A stretch of 63,550 nt of DNA, the filler included, from Choristocarpus tenellus KU-1152 (taxonomy: Eukaryota; Protista; Phaeophyceae), in the NCBI GenBank assembly GCA_964200185.2. It is 11 parts of 11 records of this genome, joined end to end, with 100 filler letters (N's around TTAATTAATTAA, not from the genome) between each part and the next. Parts side by side here need not be neighbours in the genome. Positions count along the whole stretch, not along the records: positions 24,048 to 28,573 come from CAXNAD020014147.1; positions 28,674 to 40,232 come from CAXNAD020002253.1; 9 more parts are not named here. One strand, 5' to 3'. Below, piece by piece: positions 23,948 through 35,877 of the stretch (its first letter is position 1; each line of letters begins with the position of its first letter). The notes beneath the pieces were generated by a model, which worked only from the letters and a program-made list of their open reading frames with translations, ran no database searches and was not told the DNA's origin. The translations under genes and the position numbers were made by a program.

Positions 23948-26088
23948 NNNNNNNNNNNNNNNNNNNNNNNNNNNNNNNNNNNNNNNNNNNNTTAATTAAT
24001 TAANNNNNNNNNNNNNNNNNNNNNNNNNNNNNNNNNNNNNNNNNNNNCAGGAAGCTTTCCGCTTGCTTGCCGAGGCGCCCAAAACTTTCCACCGCAAAGG
24101 TGTTGAGGTTATAACTAAATAGATATTGATAACTCACAATATTTGATGTCATCAGTCAAGAATCATCTTGTAAAGAAGAAGTACAATTGTAATATTCTTC
24201 ACTACCAACAGAAATATCCAGTTCCTTAAAACATGTCATCCAAAACAAACAAACCTCACACTCTATTAAAACAAAACAATTTGGAAATAATATGGACATA
24301 GTATCATATATTAAAATTTGTAAACACACATTTTATTCCATCTGTTCATGTACATTGTATTTTTTTTTTAATTGAGCTTTCTATCGAAGTTCTTCCAAAT
24401 GTTGAAAGTTGTTCCAAAGATGCCTCCAAATTCTCTCCAACATTGATAGGATTATTATTATTCTTGTCAAACAAGGGTCCAATCAGAGGGGGATCACAAT
24501 CATCAGTTCTGTCATGTTAGGGTCCTTTCAGCAAACCTAAAGCTCTATCAACAATGAAATGTTACAAGTTTTGAAGGAATATTGGATCCGATGGGTGACA
24601 TCACATCGTTATGATTGTTAAGGGCAATCAGTCTGGGAATTCTCAAGATTTCTCTGTGTTTGATGTTGATGGAACGTCACCAAATGAAAGAATGTGAGCG
24701 CAAAATACTTACGTGTTGTGGATGTGGATGTGAATTGGACTGAGATCGTCTCCCAACAGATTCTGTCTACACACGAGAAAAGAAAATGGCTGGCCAGCAC
24801 AATAAGGTAGATAGTCCCGTGGGAGAAAAGAAGATTAATCATCGAGGTATCCCAAGAATGTTCATTTGGTCAATTTGATGGAGTTCAGTCAATAGTTGTC
24901 GTGTTGGAACCCAAAGTGGAATGCATATTGTTATACTTTTAATAATCCAGGGATTATGAAGTTCTCAAAAATCGACCTCTCCTATATAAGTACCGACTAT
25001 ACCAAGAAATATAATTGTTCTGTAGTAATTACCGTTTAGAAGAATATTGGGGTTACTCACCCGCTCCACACGCAACAGGTGAACTATCGGCACTCCATCA
25101 AACCAACCTACACTCAACATATTATTTAAGTCTTCCCTGACAAAGACCACATCACCGCCAGCACTGAACATCCCTCCATAGCTGGAACAGTCCCTGGCGT
25201 TCCATTCCACTGTGTCCTTCTGGTTGCAAAGTGGATGAATTCCATGTGCTTCATTCCAAAGATCTGAGTGCCTTGATCTTATTTTTTATTTTTTGGTCGT
25301 GTCTGACAGACAGGGTCGGTGCGTTGGCGTCACCCCGTCCTGTTGTAGTAATTAAACATTGGGAGCAATGCTCACGAGGATTGAGTTATACACCTGGCGA
25401 GTGTGTTTGATGTTAAGATCTTTCTTGATCAATTTGAGGAATGCCTTGACCTGGACATCAGATGTGGATTCACGTTTCTCCAGAGCTGGTACCTCTTGCA
25501 GCACATTCGCCAAGGGCACAAACTTCTTAACCTTGTCCAAGAACCAAGTGACAAGATCGTTCCAAGTGTACCTGTTCCTTCCCCCTCGTCTTGTTCATCT
25601 GTTACAACACGCTCCAGAAGCTTACCTCCACAGGATGTATACCTCCAATCCACAGGCCTATAAATGACGCTGATGAATTGCTCGTACAAGCCTCCCAGGG
25701 TACTCCAATAGTCAAAGGGTTCAATGCAGGTTAATGAACCTCAGGTCAGCAGGGCAGGGGTACTTTTCTCAATCGACGTCAGTGTATATTGTGCATCGGA
25801 ATCAAAGAAAAGTGTTGAGAATGCATTGATTATGTGCTATGGTCTTTATTTATTTATCGTCAGCTGCGTTTTATTTGCTTTGGTTTACAAAAGTTGGAAT
25901 ACATCTGAAAACGTTGCATACATTCCCGAGTTACAGATCTTACTCTGCAACTTTTTGCAAATCAGGGTTCCTCTTTATAAGGTTCCCCGTGCGTGTATAT
26001 TGCTCACGCTTGTTAGAACATGGGAAGAAATACTCGCGCTATTTACCTGCAACACATCTTGGTCGACAAGCATAGAGAGGAATAGCTG

Positions 26089-26274
26089 AAGGATTTGGGC
26101 AATCTTGGATTTCTTCCAGGATCGAAGAGTAGTGCTGTTTGTCGAAGAGTAGTGAGGTTTGATGGCCTTTCAAACCCTCACAAGGATTTGGGCAATCTTG
26201 GATTTCTTCCAGGATCGAAGAGTAGTGCTGTTTGTCGAAGAGTAGTGAGGTTTGATGGCCTTTCAAACCCTCAC
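26089..26274. repeat. Perfect 93-bp tandem duplication
   Basis: Units 26089-26181 and 26182-26274 are identical; each holds two TCGAAGAGTAGTG copies and a terminal hairpin. Confidence 0.93.
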
Positions 26275-27522
26275 TTCCTGAAAGGGAGATATGAGAGTTG
26301 AGCGTGTGTGTTGTATGGGATTGATTTCGTTTGTGTCGTGGTTTGTGCATGCAAGAGATAGAGAGTGAGCTCGACATCATAATAGTGGGCTAAGCAGGAC
26401 ATAGTAGAATTACGCACATCGTGTGTTTGTCTATGTAGGTACACCTGGCATTGAAAGTGCGAAAAATTCTGTGGTGGAAATATGTACACCACGACAAATC
26501 GAAACCAGCTTTGGATGTCTATGTTGAAAAATTGTGCGTTCCGTTGTTCAGACATGTGAGAGTCACATCCATCATTTTTCCGAAGCATTTCACAATATTG
26601 AAGTCGACGATGGAAATTGGTGCGGGCCACCGTCCGCCACCAGAAAGAGATATGTAGAAATTTTGGTCTATGATTGACGAACCAAAAATAGGGTGTCTTG
26701 AAACATATATAAGGTGTATGTGGTAAACGTGCTCCCTGCATCGTTCGCCGGAAGGCCTCAATAAAAAAGACATACAATTGTTTAAACCTGTTTTCGTATA
26801 AGTTGTGCATTGTTGTGATGTGTCTGGTTTATGGCGAAGAGGATCATAGTACAACAAAACACTGATAAGTTTGTTCTGGTAGTTCTGATGGCTTGTTTTA
26901 CTCAATCAGACAATGTTCAATGTGAAAGAGTGTTTGGTTGTAGTGTGGTTAACACGTTTAGGAGCAAGTGTGTGTCATGTGGGTCCAGTCTGGTGCATCT
27001 GAAGGTATGTTTTACTCAATCAGACTATGGTTGATGTAAAACGTGTACTGGTACGTCTGGCAACATATTTTACTCATCCAGACTATAATTGATGGAAAGT
27101 GTATGGCCATTCATTGAGATGCTCAAATGAAGAAGTCCATCCTCTGTGAAGAGGGTTGTCACCTTGCCAAAAGGATTTCGAAGGATGGTTTTATCTCTGT
27201 TTATATTGCACCCTAGCATGTGTCTTGCATGTGTTGCAGAGACAATAGGATGTCTTATGAGGGGGCAATGCCAGTCAAGTAACAATAGTATTCGAGACAT
27301 GCTATGCAACAGATAACTTGTGTGAAAAATGAAGAAGTAAAACGAGGTAGAAACAAGAAGGCAAGCTGGAATTGATATCTAACGTAATTACTGAAACGCA
27401 TAATATGCCTGTATGTGTGATAGGTAGCGACTGCTCCTATGCTTCCTATGTACTGTGACGTTCTGACAGTGGTTGAGTAAGTTGTGACGATGAGCTAATC
27501 TTTTCCCCCGGGATGAGGAGGG

Positions 27523-28573
27523 ATGAAGATCCTGCCATCAAGATCTGGGGCACAACAGGGAGACCCACTGGACCCCCTCTTATATTCCATGGCAACACAC
27601 AAGGCCTTGCAACAGGTCCAGTCGATTCTTGGACCCCAAGGGACTTCCTCCCGGAGCTATCTGGATGACATCTGCAAGGGTGATCGGCCCTAACGCCATA
27701 GCTGCTTTCGAGCAGTAAAAAACTGACCTCCATGAGGTAGGTATAGACTTAAATATGAACAAGACTTTTGCCACACCTCCCCAGGGCCACTAACCCACGC
27801 CCTCAGAACTGGAGCTTCTTTCTTCCCCGCGGGAATCCACCTAGCCCAGAACCCTACTGGTTTTGTTACATTGGGGGCTCCCGTGGGAACAGATGACTTT
27901 ATCTAAGCCCGTATGGCTGAGGTGATCGAGAGCTCTGGGACTCGAACTTTGGTCACACACCTCAGCCAGACGGAGGACAAACAGGTGGGCTTTCTCCTCA
28001 ACTCCTGGTCCCTCTCCTCCCGCCTAGGCTATCCTGCGAGGGTCAATCCCCCCCTCCTGGCACGCTCCACCATGGAGCAAGCAGATAACACCTCATTACA
28101 GACACTAGAGAGGATAATGGAGGTAGCTGACTCAACAAAGGCGATGGATTTCTTCGAGGGAAGGTGTAACAATGAGTCAATAGGTCCCTCCACCTAGAGA
28201 CCCAACAAGTACAGGCACAGATGCCCACAAGTGCGGGGGGTCTGGGTCTCTCCTCTATGAAACACCGCCAACACGCGGCTTTCGTAGGATCACTGGTAGC
28301 CACACTCCCTACCCTCCTAGCAAGGAAGCAAGGGCCTCATGACGAGTCCTTATCACAAGCTGTTTGCACGAGCCCCATAATAGAGGCTTTAAGATAGTCC
28401 ATCCACACCCTCCTTTCTACAGGTATCCCCTCTGAATATCTTGTAGAAATCATTGACCAAGACTGGGTAACCTGGGGGGGAACAACATCCCCTGCACCTG
28501 CCCCAGAGGTACATATCCTAGCGCCCATGACGCCAGGATCGCGAAGAGGGCTCAACATGAGACCACACGCCTC
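27523..28573 (+). mobile_element. Decayed non-LTR retrotransposon reverse transcriptase (CRE-like), 5' truncated, runs to contig end
   Basis: SRSGAQQGDPLDPLLYS...SYLDDI, then GIDLNMNKT, GFVTLGAPVGTDDF, SRLGYPARV, MPTSAGGLGL, HAAFVGS; several stops and frameshifts. Confidence 0.88.
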
Positions 28574-28673
28574 NNNNNNNNNNNNNNNNNNNNNNNNNNN
28601 NNNNNNNNNNNNNNNNNTTAATTAATTAANNNNNNNNNNNNNNNNNNNNNNNNNNNNNNNNNNNNNNNNNNNN

Positions 28674-28842
28674 TTTTTTGTGTGTTGTTTTTTTACACCA
28701 GTGTTTCCATTTGGATCAAAACCAGGAAAAGTGCACTTTCACTATCCATCCAACCTATGCAACCAAATCACCCAAAAATCGTGACAAGAAAAAATTGGCC
28801 CCAAATGGACAGCCGCCACCCCCCCCCCAGATACTTTGACCC
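28674..28842. mobile_element. MITE family B, reverse orientation, truncated
   Basis: Reverse complement of 29356-29534; ends CCAGATACTTTGACCC. Confidence 0.8.
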
Positions 28843-29355
28843 ACCACTCCTCCTGTTGGTTAGTGACTGTCTTTACGCCTCAACCTTAAATTTCAATCCT
28901 AAAATTGGCAAGGAACCAAAGCAATGGATATGTAGGCAGGTTTGGGTCCTTTTGCATTCTAGGTCATTTTCCCTATTCTGATATTTTGCTTTTTTAAGAA
29001 CCAGGGTAATTATATCCTCATATAAGCCTAGTACCAGCCCATTTTATGTATTATCACTATGCCCATAAATATTTTGGAGATCAAGACCTCTTCGTTCAAC
29101 TCACATTTCTCCATAACAAGGCATTAAGGTCTCCTCAGCTTGAAATGCCTGCTGACACGTATGAAAGTATTTCTAAGTTCGTATAAAAAAGGGTAAATTT
29201 CACAGCCAATAATAATACATCGACCTCACCATCGACTTCCTTGTCCCCCATCCCCCTTCTAATTTATTCTCTTTATCAGTGTCGCTTTGTACTTAGTTAA
29301 GTACAGTATCTGGATCGCTTAACCTAACACTCATCTACTTTTACGACAAGCAAAA

Positions 29356-29534
29356 GGCTCAAAGTATCTAGGAGGGGGTGGTGGCTGTCCATTTGGCGTC
29401 AACTTTTTCATGTCGCGATTTTTGGGTGATTTGGTTGCAATCGTCGGATGGTTACTGTAAATGCACTTTTCCTGATTTTGCCCCAAATGGACACCCTAGT
29501 GTAGACCCACCCCCCTTCCCAGATACTTTGGATC
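29356..29534. mobile_element. MITE family B, full length (179 bp)
   Basis: GGCTCAAAGTATCTAGGAGGGGGT..GTCCATTTGG ... CCAAATGGAC..CCCCCTTCCCAGATACTTTGGATC; AAA(A) on both flanks. Confidence 0.85.
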
Positions 29535-30002
29535 AAAACTATGATGTAGAGGTATTGACCTTCAGAAGATTAATTTGGCTGTATGTATGTGATGACCAAT
29601 AATTGTCCACCTGTCTCAAGCATATATCCTGTTTATTATGAACAGCACCCATTCACTCATTCTGACAGTGTGTCCTTTTCTTTAACAGATTCATTACCAT
29701 ACCAGCATGGATTTTCATCACTTAGACTTACTTTCACATACCTGTGCATTCCATTTATTTACATGTTCTTATTTCTCCAAAACAATAGAAGGAATGTCGA
29801 AGTTGGAACAAGGGTTACAATCTATCCATTTATTTGATACATCAAACCAATCCAGAATAAATTTGAGACACATCACGTTTAAAGTTGATACGTGACATCT
29901 TTGGAGGTAACCAACTCCTCGCTGTTTGGCTGAAAGGGTACAAATCCTTTCTTTTCAAAATAATCTACCCCACACACAAAATGACAATATTGACGAAACA
30001 AA

Positions 30003-30844
30003 ATGGCAGCAACAAAGGTCGATGAAGTAGCGAGGCAGGCGATGTGGGCAGAAACAATCAAGAAGGAGAATGCAATGATTAGCAAGCCCCACAAGTTCTT
30101 CCTCAATCCAAATAAGCTAGTCTTCATTTCCCGGAAGCCGACTGAAGTTGATCCACGGACTTACGAGAAGGATTCACTACTGACACCTGAGAAGGTATCC
30201 AGAGTGTATCATCAAAAAAAGTACGGAGTTGCAGAGTGCACAGGTGCAGCATGGTAGTAATTACTTGGGTTAAACCAAGTGCATTGATTGGCTACCTAGA
30301 ATATACACCACAGTGGCCTGTCTTCCATAACCTCGCCCACGAAAGAAAAGGCCTACATGCCTCTACCTGATCCCTCGAAAAATCGACTGTTTCAGCTACT
30401 CGATGTAGGGAAAGAGAGTTTGTTGGATACTTCACCAGCAGACAGCAGTAGGGAAAGTGCCCGTATGGATACAGTCCTGTGGACGACCCAAGCACAGCAA
30501 TGGGGGAGCTTTTATGGTCGCGAAGATGTTGCAGACCCATTTACATCGCAGAGGAGTTGCTGGCGGAAGCCACGGTCCCGCTGTGACGTAACCGAGTACG
30601 CTGACCGGTGAGTTCTTTAATATTTGCTTGGCCTGCTAGTCTGTACACCTCAAAAAATGTTGCTACTGTGCGGAAGAAGCCAGACGAAAGATGAAAGCTT
30701 AATCATACTCTACGCAAAAGATGCGTTGTCACAACAGCAGAGCTCATGGTGGTTGTACCTCTCGCAAACTATGACAGATACTGCGAAATGACAAGGGTCA
30801 GTCCTTACGCAAGAAAGGGAGCTGATGCAGGCACGAAGCCTTGA
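30003..30844 (+). CDS. CFAP144: FAM183/CFAP144-like ciliary protein; exons 30003-30194, 30396-30607, 30778-30844
   Basis: DEVARQAMWAETIKKE..FFLNPNKL..ISRKP, TQAQQWG, W.KPRSRCDVTEYADRY...SPY follow the FAM183 pattern; GT-AG introns in phase. Confidence 0.72.
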
Positions 30845-31282
30845 TCCACAAGGCTCAGATTGCGACAAATGGTATGAATGCTAAAGCCTAGTTCACTGCC
30901 CTGGGAAATACCGGGCTGGCTGTAAGTGAGTGAGCACTGGTGTCAGTGCATCACCAATTGAACATGTCCTTGGAGACGTACCTTTCAAAGATCCTGCAAA
31001 CAATTCACCACAACAAACATAAGTGTACAAAGAACATGAAGCCACTATACCCACAGTGAAATTTCTTCAAGATATATTTTTTCTGTGTACACCTCATTGG
31101 ACTCCATCAAACAAGCAAGCAGGATACGCAGTAACATGAGAAAGTGTCTCACAACATTTGCAAGAGTGTATGGAGTAATATACACTTTACACCATCAATA
31201 TACGAGATCAGTGTAGCAGGTTGTGACAAGGTGCACCACCAAATGCATAACATCATTCGAATCAGGGGGTATCCAAGTCTTG

Positions 31283-34200
31283 TCAAACTGCAGACCCTGA
31301 CCTGTCTACCGTTTTTGGAACCCGAGTTTCCAATCCCCACACCTCTCCCCCCCCATCAAGAAATTCATAAAAACGACTATGCATTGGGTCCAGAGTGGTA
31401 AGTTGCTCCGCCATGCTCCTGCACGTATCCTTAAGATCCAGTGCTCCAACCTGATCCTTCTCATCACCTGTGATATTCAGGGACCTCACCAGCCTCTGGG
31501 TGACAAGCAGTAGCGCCAGCTCTGCCCACTGTAATCGATAAGGGATAAGTTGCAGTTCATTGGATTTGGACCAATAAAAACTGCTGTTCCCCACATTCTC
31601 TCTGGCAGGAGAAGAAAAAGGCTTGGGTTGGTACTCATACTTGTCCACTAACTGTATTTCTTTCACCCCTGCCTGACATTGCAACTCCATTTATACAAAC
31701 AAGAGTGCTTCATTTATCACACTCATCAATTGTTGTAATATCTCTTGCAAATATACAGTATAACAGATTAATAGCATTAGAGCTCTGCTAATCCCTGGTC
31801 TAGTGCTTCCAAAATTCGCACCCCAAATGTATGTTCAACATGGTTCGCATGTAGTGACAAGAACATTGAGCTGAGAATTGATGCTATGCATAGCTGGAAG
31901 CGACAGGACAAATATGAGCATGGGGGTGATTGTAGGCTTGGTCCAAGAGTAGTAGCAACTTGTCCAGCTGTATGCTATGAATAATATCAATAGTAAAGGA
32001 AATCATACTTCACCGCCTCCGGATTGTTTCCAAGCACTAGTCTAAAAGTATAGGCTACATTTATAAAAGACTCAATGCGTTACTAAGCTCTCTCACCAAC
32101 TGGGGACACTCCCGAGGGGGGCGTTTTTCTCCTAAGACATCACTATCTGGAACACAATCAAAACACACCCACACCTTGCAGCGACCCTCCACCTCGATCA
32201 ACTCCCGAAGTATTGATGCCTCCGACTGAAGAACACCGCTGTAACGCTTTGCCAATGTCACACCATTGACTACCTCACCATCTGTTGCCGTGTCCGCCTC
32301 GGGTACACAGCCTTCCTCCACCCGAGCGGCCCATGATAGCAGAAAGTGGTGATACCACCACACGCTTTGATCAGCAGGTTCTGTGAACATGGCCTTCTCC
32401 ACAAGAAATTGAGCCATGCTCACCAGCAATGGTCGGTCTCAGTGAGATTTAGCAATTAAACAAGAACACGTCAGTTGATCGAGAAGATGTACCATACTTG
32501 GGTTGGTATGCATGAGTAGTAGGTAGTCCCTGGTATATTTTCAGGGCAGTTACCTGTGCTACTACTGTTCTGTGATGTTCCTCTTTATCTGCTTCAACAC
32601 ATAGGCTGTGTCATGTTTTAAACTCTTCTCCCAATCAGATGCCACGTGTTTCACATGTCACACCCCGTACTCTTCATGCACAGCGACCAGCTTCCTCATG
32701 ATGCGACTATAAGGCGAAGATTGAGAACAAGCTGGGTGAGATCTGTGACGATTTGCCAGTGTCTCGTCTCTTCTGTCATGTCTACCCGCATGCTCCAACA
32801 ACAGTGTCAAACACACAGCATCACACAAGGGGAACATCATGCACAGATGGCAAGAGTAGGGGCTTGCGATAAACATGCAGTTGTTTCTCTCTATCTTCAA
32901 AAGCGCTGTGTCGGACATCAAACACCTGCCCCAACTTCCCAGCTTGTGCCCCAACACAACAGAAATTGTGATGGCAGTGATTCAACGGGGCAAGTCGTCA
33001 CCTGAGGCAACAATTTTATCAAGTCGCCAATCTGTCAAGAGCGTAGGATAGTTATATATTCTCATCATTTCACGCTCTCCTTTCCTTCGAACTCACTTGG
33101 TGTGCAAGGTCTAACTCTTCATCCAGCAGTTGCCAACAATCACGGCCCTCCTCAGTGATCATCCTCGACAGGAGCTTACTTCGAAAATGGAACGCACTGT
33201 AATTGCTGAAGTTCTGTGGGAGGGACATAATGGGGACGAGGAAGTCAGGTCCAGGTTTTGGGGGAAGGGCTACGGCAAGCTTACACCTCAACACTCTATT
33301 TGATATCTTACTCACATTTCCCTGTAATGTGGAGTGTGGATGGGGGGGATTTGCCTCCCTACCTGAGTTTGAGAGGATGGTTCCACACGAAAAGTTGAGA
33401 AAACCATTGTGACAGGACCTGAAATAGGAGGATGAAACTTTCAACGGAAACCCATACACGACACAGGAGACATTTTCTTCGAAACTCTCTCTACCTTCTC
33501 CTCCACAGCAAAAAAAATTGGAAGTACTCCAGAAATCTTGTTCAGAGTTCTAGGGGTGAATCTCTATCCCCAGCCCCAAGAAATTTTCTCAATATTATTT
33601 GAAGGCTACTTCAGAATTGACCAATTTATTCCTTTGTTCAATAGAAGCTGGAGAGTGCTCCATAGTGTGAATACGAGAGATGCCAAATCATGGTACAGGA
33701 TTATGTATCAATATTCCTGCATCTAAGTCAGGTCAAAAGTCTTCAGGACCTCTTCAAATGCTGGGATTGCTCAAGGCAAATCACAAAACAGTGAAAAGAA
33801 GGCAAGGTCTGCACCATGCCAATCATATCTCCATACTACATAAAAGGAAATGAGGCATCAACGGCACCTCCAAGACTATTTTCTGTACATTTCAAGCAGT
33901 AGCATTGAGCAGCAACAATATTAACTACCCCTCCAACACTCTCACTGACCCTTAATCAGATGTGGAACAGTACTTTGATCATCTTCTACCTACTACTTTT
34001 GCACAACTAAGCACACATATCTGAACCATACTTGCTTATTTACCTGCAGAATCTTCTCTGTGGTGAACTCAAAATCTTCTGCAGCAGGCAACCCTGCTTG
34101 CTCTGCTACCCACATTCTGTACGCCCAGCAGTGAAAATTGCGACCATCTAGATCAAGAAACTGACGGCAAAGGTCCAGCTCTCCTGCCAACAATTTCCTG

Positions 34201-35591
34201 ACAAGAGAAACGCAAGTGCAGTCCCCTCAGCTGCAAGTTACAAGTGTGCTGAGTAGAGTACACTACTAACTAGCAGCAGGCCCTACTGAGGTTGTATTGT
34301 AGGTAAACGAAATAAAAAAGTTCATTTGAGAATACGCATAAGAGCATCTAGTAAGAAAAACTCGATGTCGTAAATGGATTGTTTGATACATTGAGAGGTT
34401 CCCACAAAGAGGCATACAAATACATATATTGTACAGCAGTGAGGTGGAGCTAGGTCACTCAAATATCAACATCGATTTTCCAGATCTCCATTCTCACAAT
34501 TTCAAGATACCAGGATTGGCATTATCACGGTTTAGATGGCAGGATTTGACCATAGTCACAATCTGAGTGTTGGAAGTGGCAAGCAAAAAGTCATCGATGA
34601 TTCAAGACCTTGCTCTCACAACCTTCCTTTGCATCCAGTAGTCCAAAGGTCAATGGGCGCAGTCAAGCATGGGAAAATCTGCTCAACGCACCTTCCCCCA
34701 GGAAGTTCAAGCCATCGTTCGAGCGCCCACTTTCGGTGATGCCATGGAGGGTAAGACTTTGAGGAGCGCTTGATGCAGTCCACAGTGAGATCCAGCTCCT
34801 CCTTGTACACAGCTCCCACTGTCTCCTCACCAGACATGCCTTCACCATCACCCAGTTTTCTTAGCTTTCCGAAGACAGGCCCCGATGTCATCCACACAAG
34901 CAGACGTGTGTACGCTACGGGGTTAATTCATGCCTCCAAGTCGACCAAAATGTGTCTTCTAAGGGATTATTTGTGAGGTACCATGCTGAGCTGGTCTCAT
35001 GAAAGGACAGTGGCCTCTTCGCCTAGCCTGCAGGGGCACACGGCATCATTTGAAGAGAGACCAATGGCTTGGTCTAGCCCCAACTTCGACCAAGTTGGTC
35101 CCAGGAGCACGAGTCATACCTGCTCAAGGATTCCCTCACGGCGATAGTTCCACATCGAGTAGTAGTCTGGATGCAAGCGCAGGACCTTACCCACGAGCAC
35201 TTTTAGTTCTCCGTCAATCTCCCCAACTTTCCTCTTGTGAACAACAGCTCCAATCACCTTCAAAGGGGTTGCTGTGGGTCAGAGAGTGTTGTTCTTCTTG
35301 GCTAGATACAATACGTTACTCTTGTCTCTGGCATACTCCAACATCCTTAAGAACCTTAACACATTACTATAGTTTGGTCAACATAATGTTAGAGATACTT
35401 AAGTTCGTTGAAGGTTGAACGACAACCTCGTATCAAACCACTAAGGAGGCTCACATCGTGGAAGCGATTACATGTTCCGACTTCCACCCAGTCTGCACTA
35501 CACATACCTTCTGATAGTTAGCGATCTTTGACTTAACCGCATCTTTCTCCTCTTGAGTTTGTGGGAGGTCGCTCTTCTTTCTCCCGTGCAT
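31283..35591 (-). CDS. RABGGTA: Rab geranylgeranyltransferase (GGTase-II) alpha subunit; 7 exons (35591-35508, 35257-35120, 34864-34692, 34197-34044, 33213-33097, 32393-32175, 31528-31283)
   Basis: Starts MHGRKK; PPTA repeats HPDYYSMWNYRRE, KSYPPWHHRKW, DGRNFHCWAYR, NFSNYSAFHFRSKLL, AMFTEPADQSVWWYH; C-terminal LDPMH. All introns GT-AG and in phase. Confidence 0.94.
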
Positions 35592-35877
35592 CTTTGGTAA
35601 ATTCTCAACCAGGATATTCACAACAATGGTGGTAGAAGAGAAGCGTTCTTCGATCTTACCTTTTCCCTATCAAAAAAAGGCCGACGCCATCAGGGATGAA
35701 AAACTTTTGTGTCTGAGGAACTCTGGATCCTTCACATCAAAGAATTGGGCTGTACAGGGAACAGCTTGTTTTGCCTGCGGAGGAGGAGGAGCTGGACGTA
35801 AACACTTGAAACAGTGATCATCGGTGGTACTGTGGTAGGTTTAGATTTCATTGTTCGAAGGCAAAGGGTTATCAATC
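35592..35877. promoter_or_regulatory. Probable bidirectional promoter/5' UTR region
   Basis: Only 286 bp separate the divergent start codons of RABGGTA and PSMB5. Confidence 0.6.

Noticed and set aside
26089-26274. CRISPR-like array from the TCGAAGAGTAGTG repeats
   Set aside because: Intervening sequences are duplicated rather than unique, repeats are too short, the context is eukaryotic and there are no cas genes.
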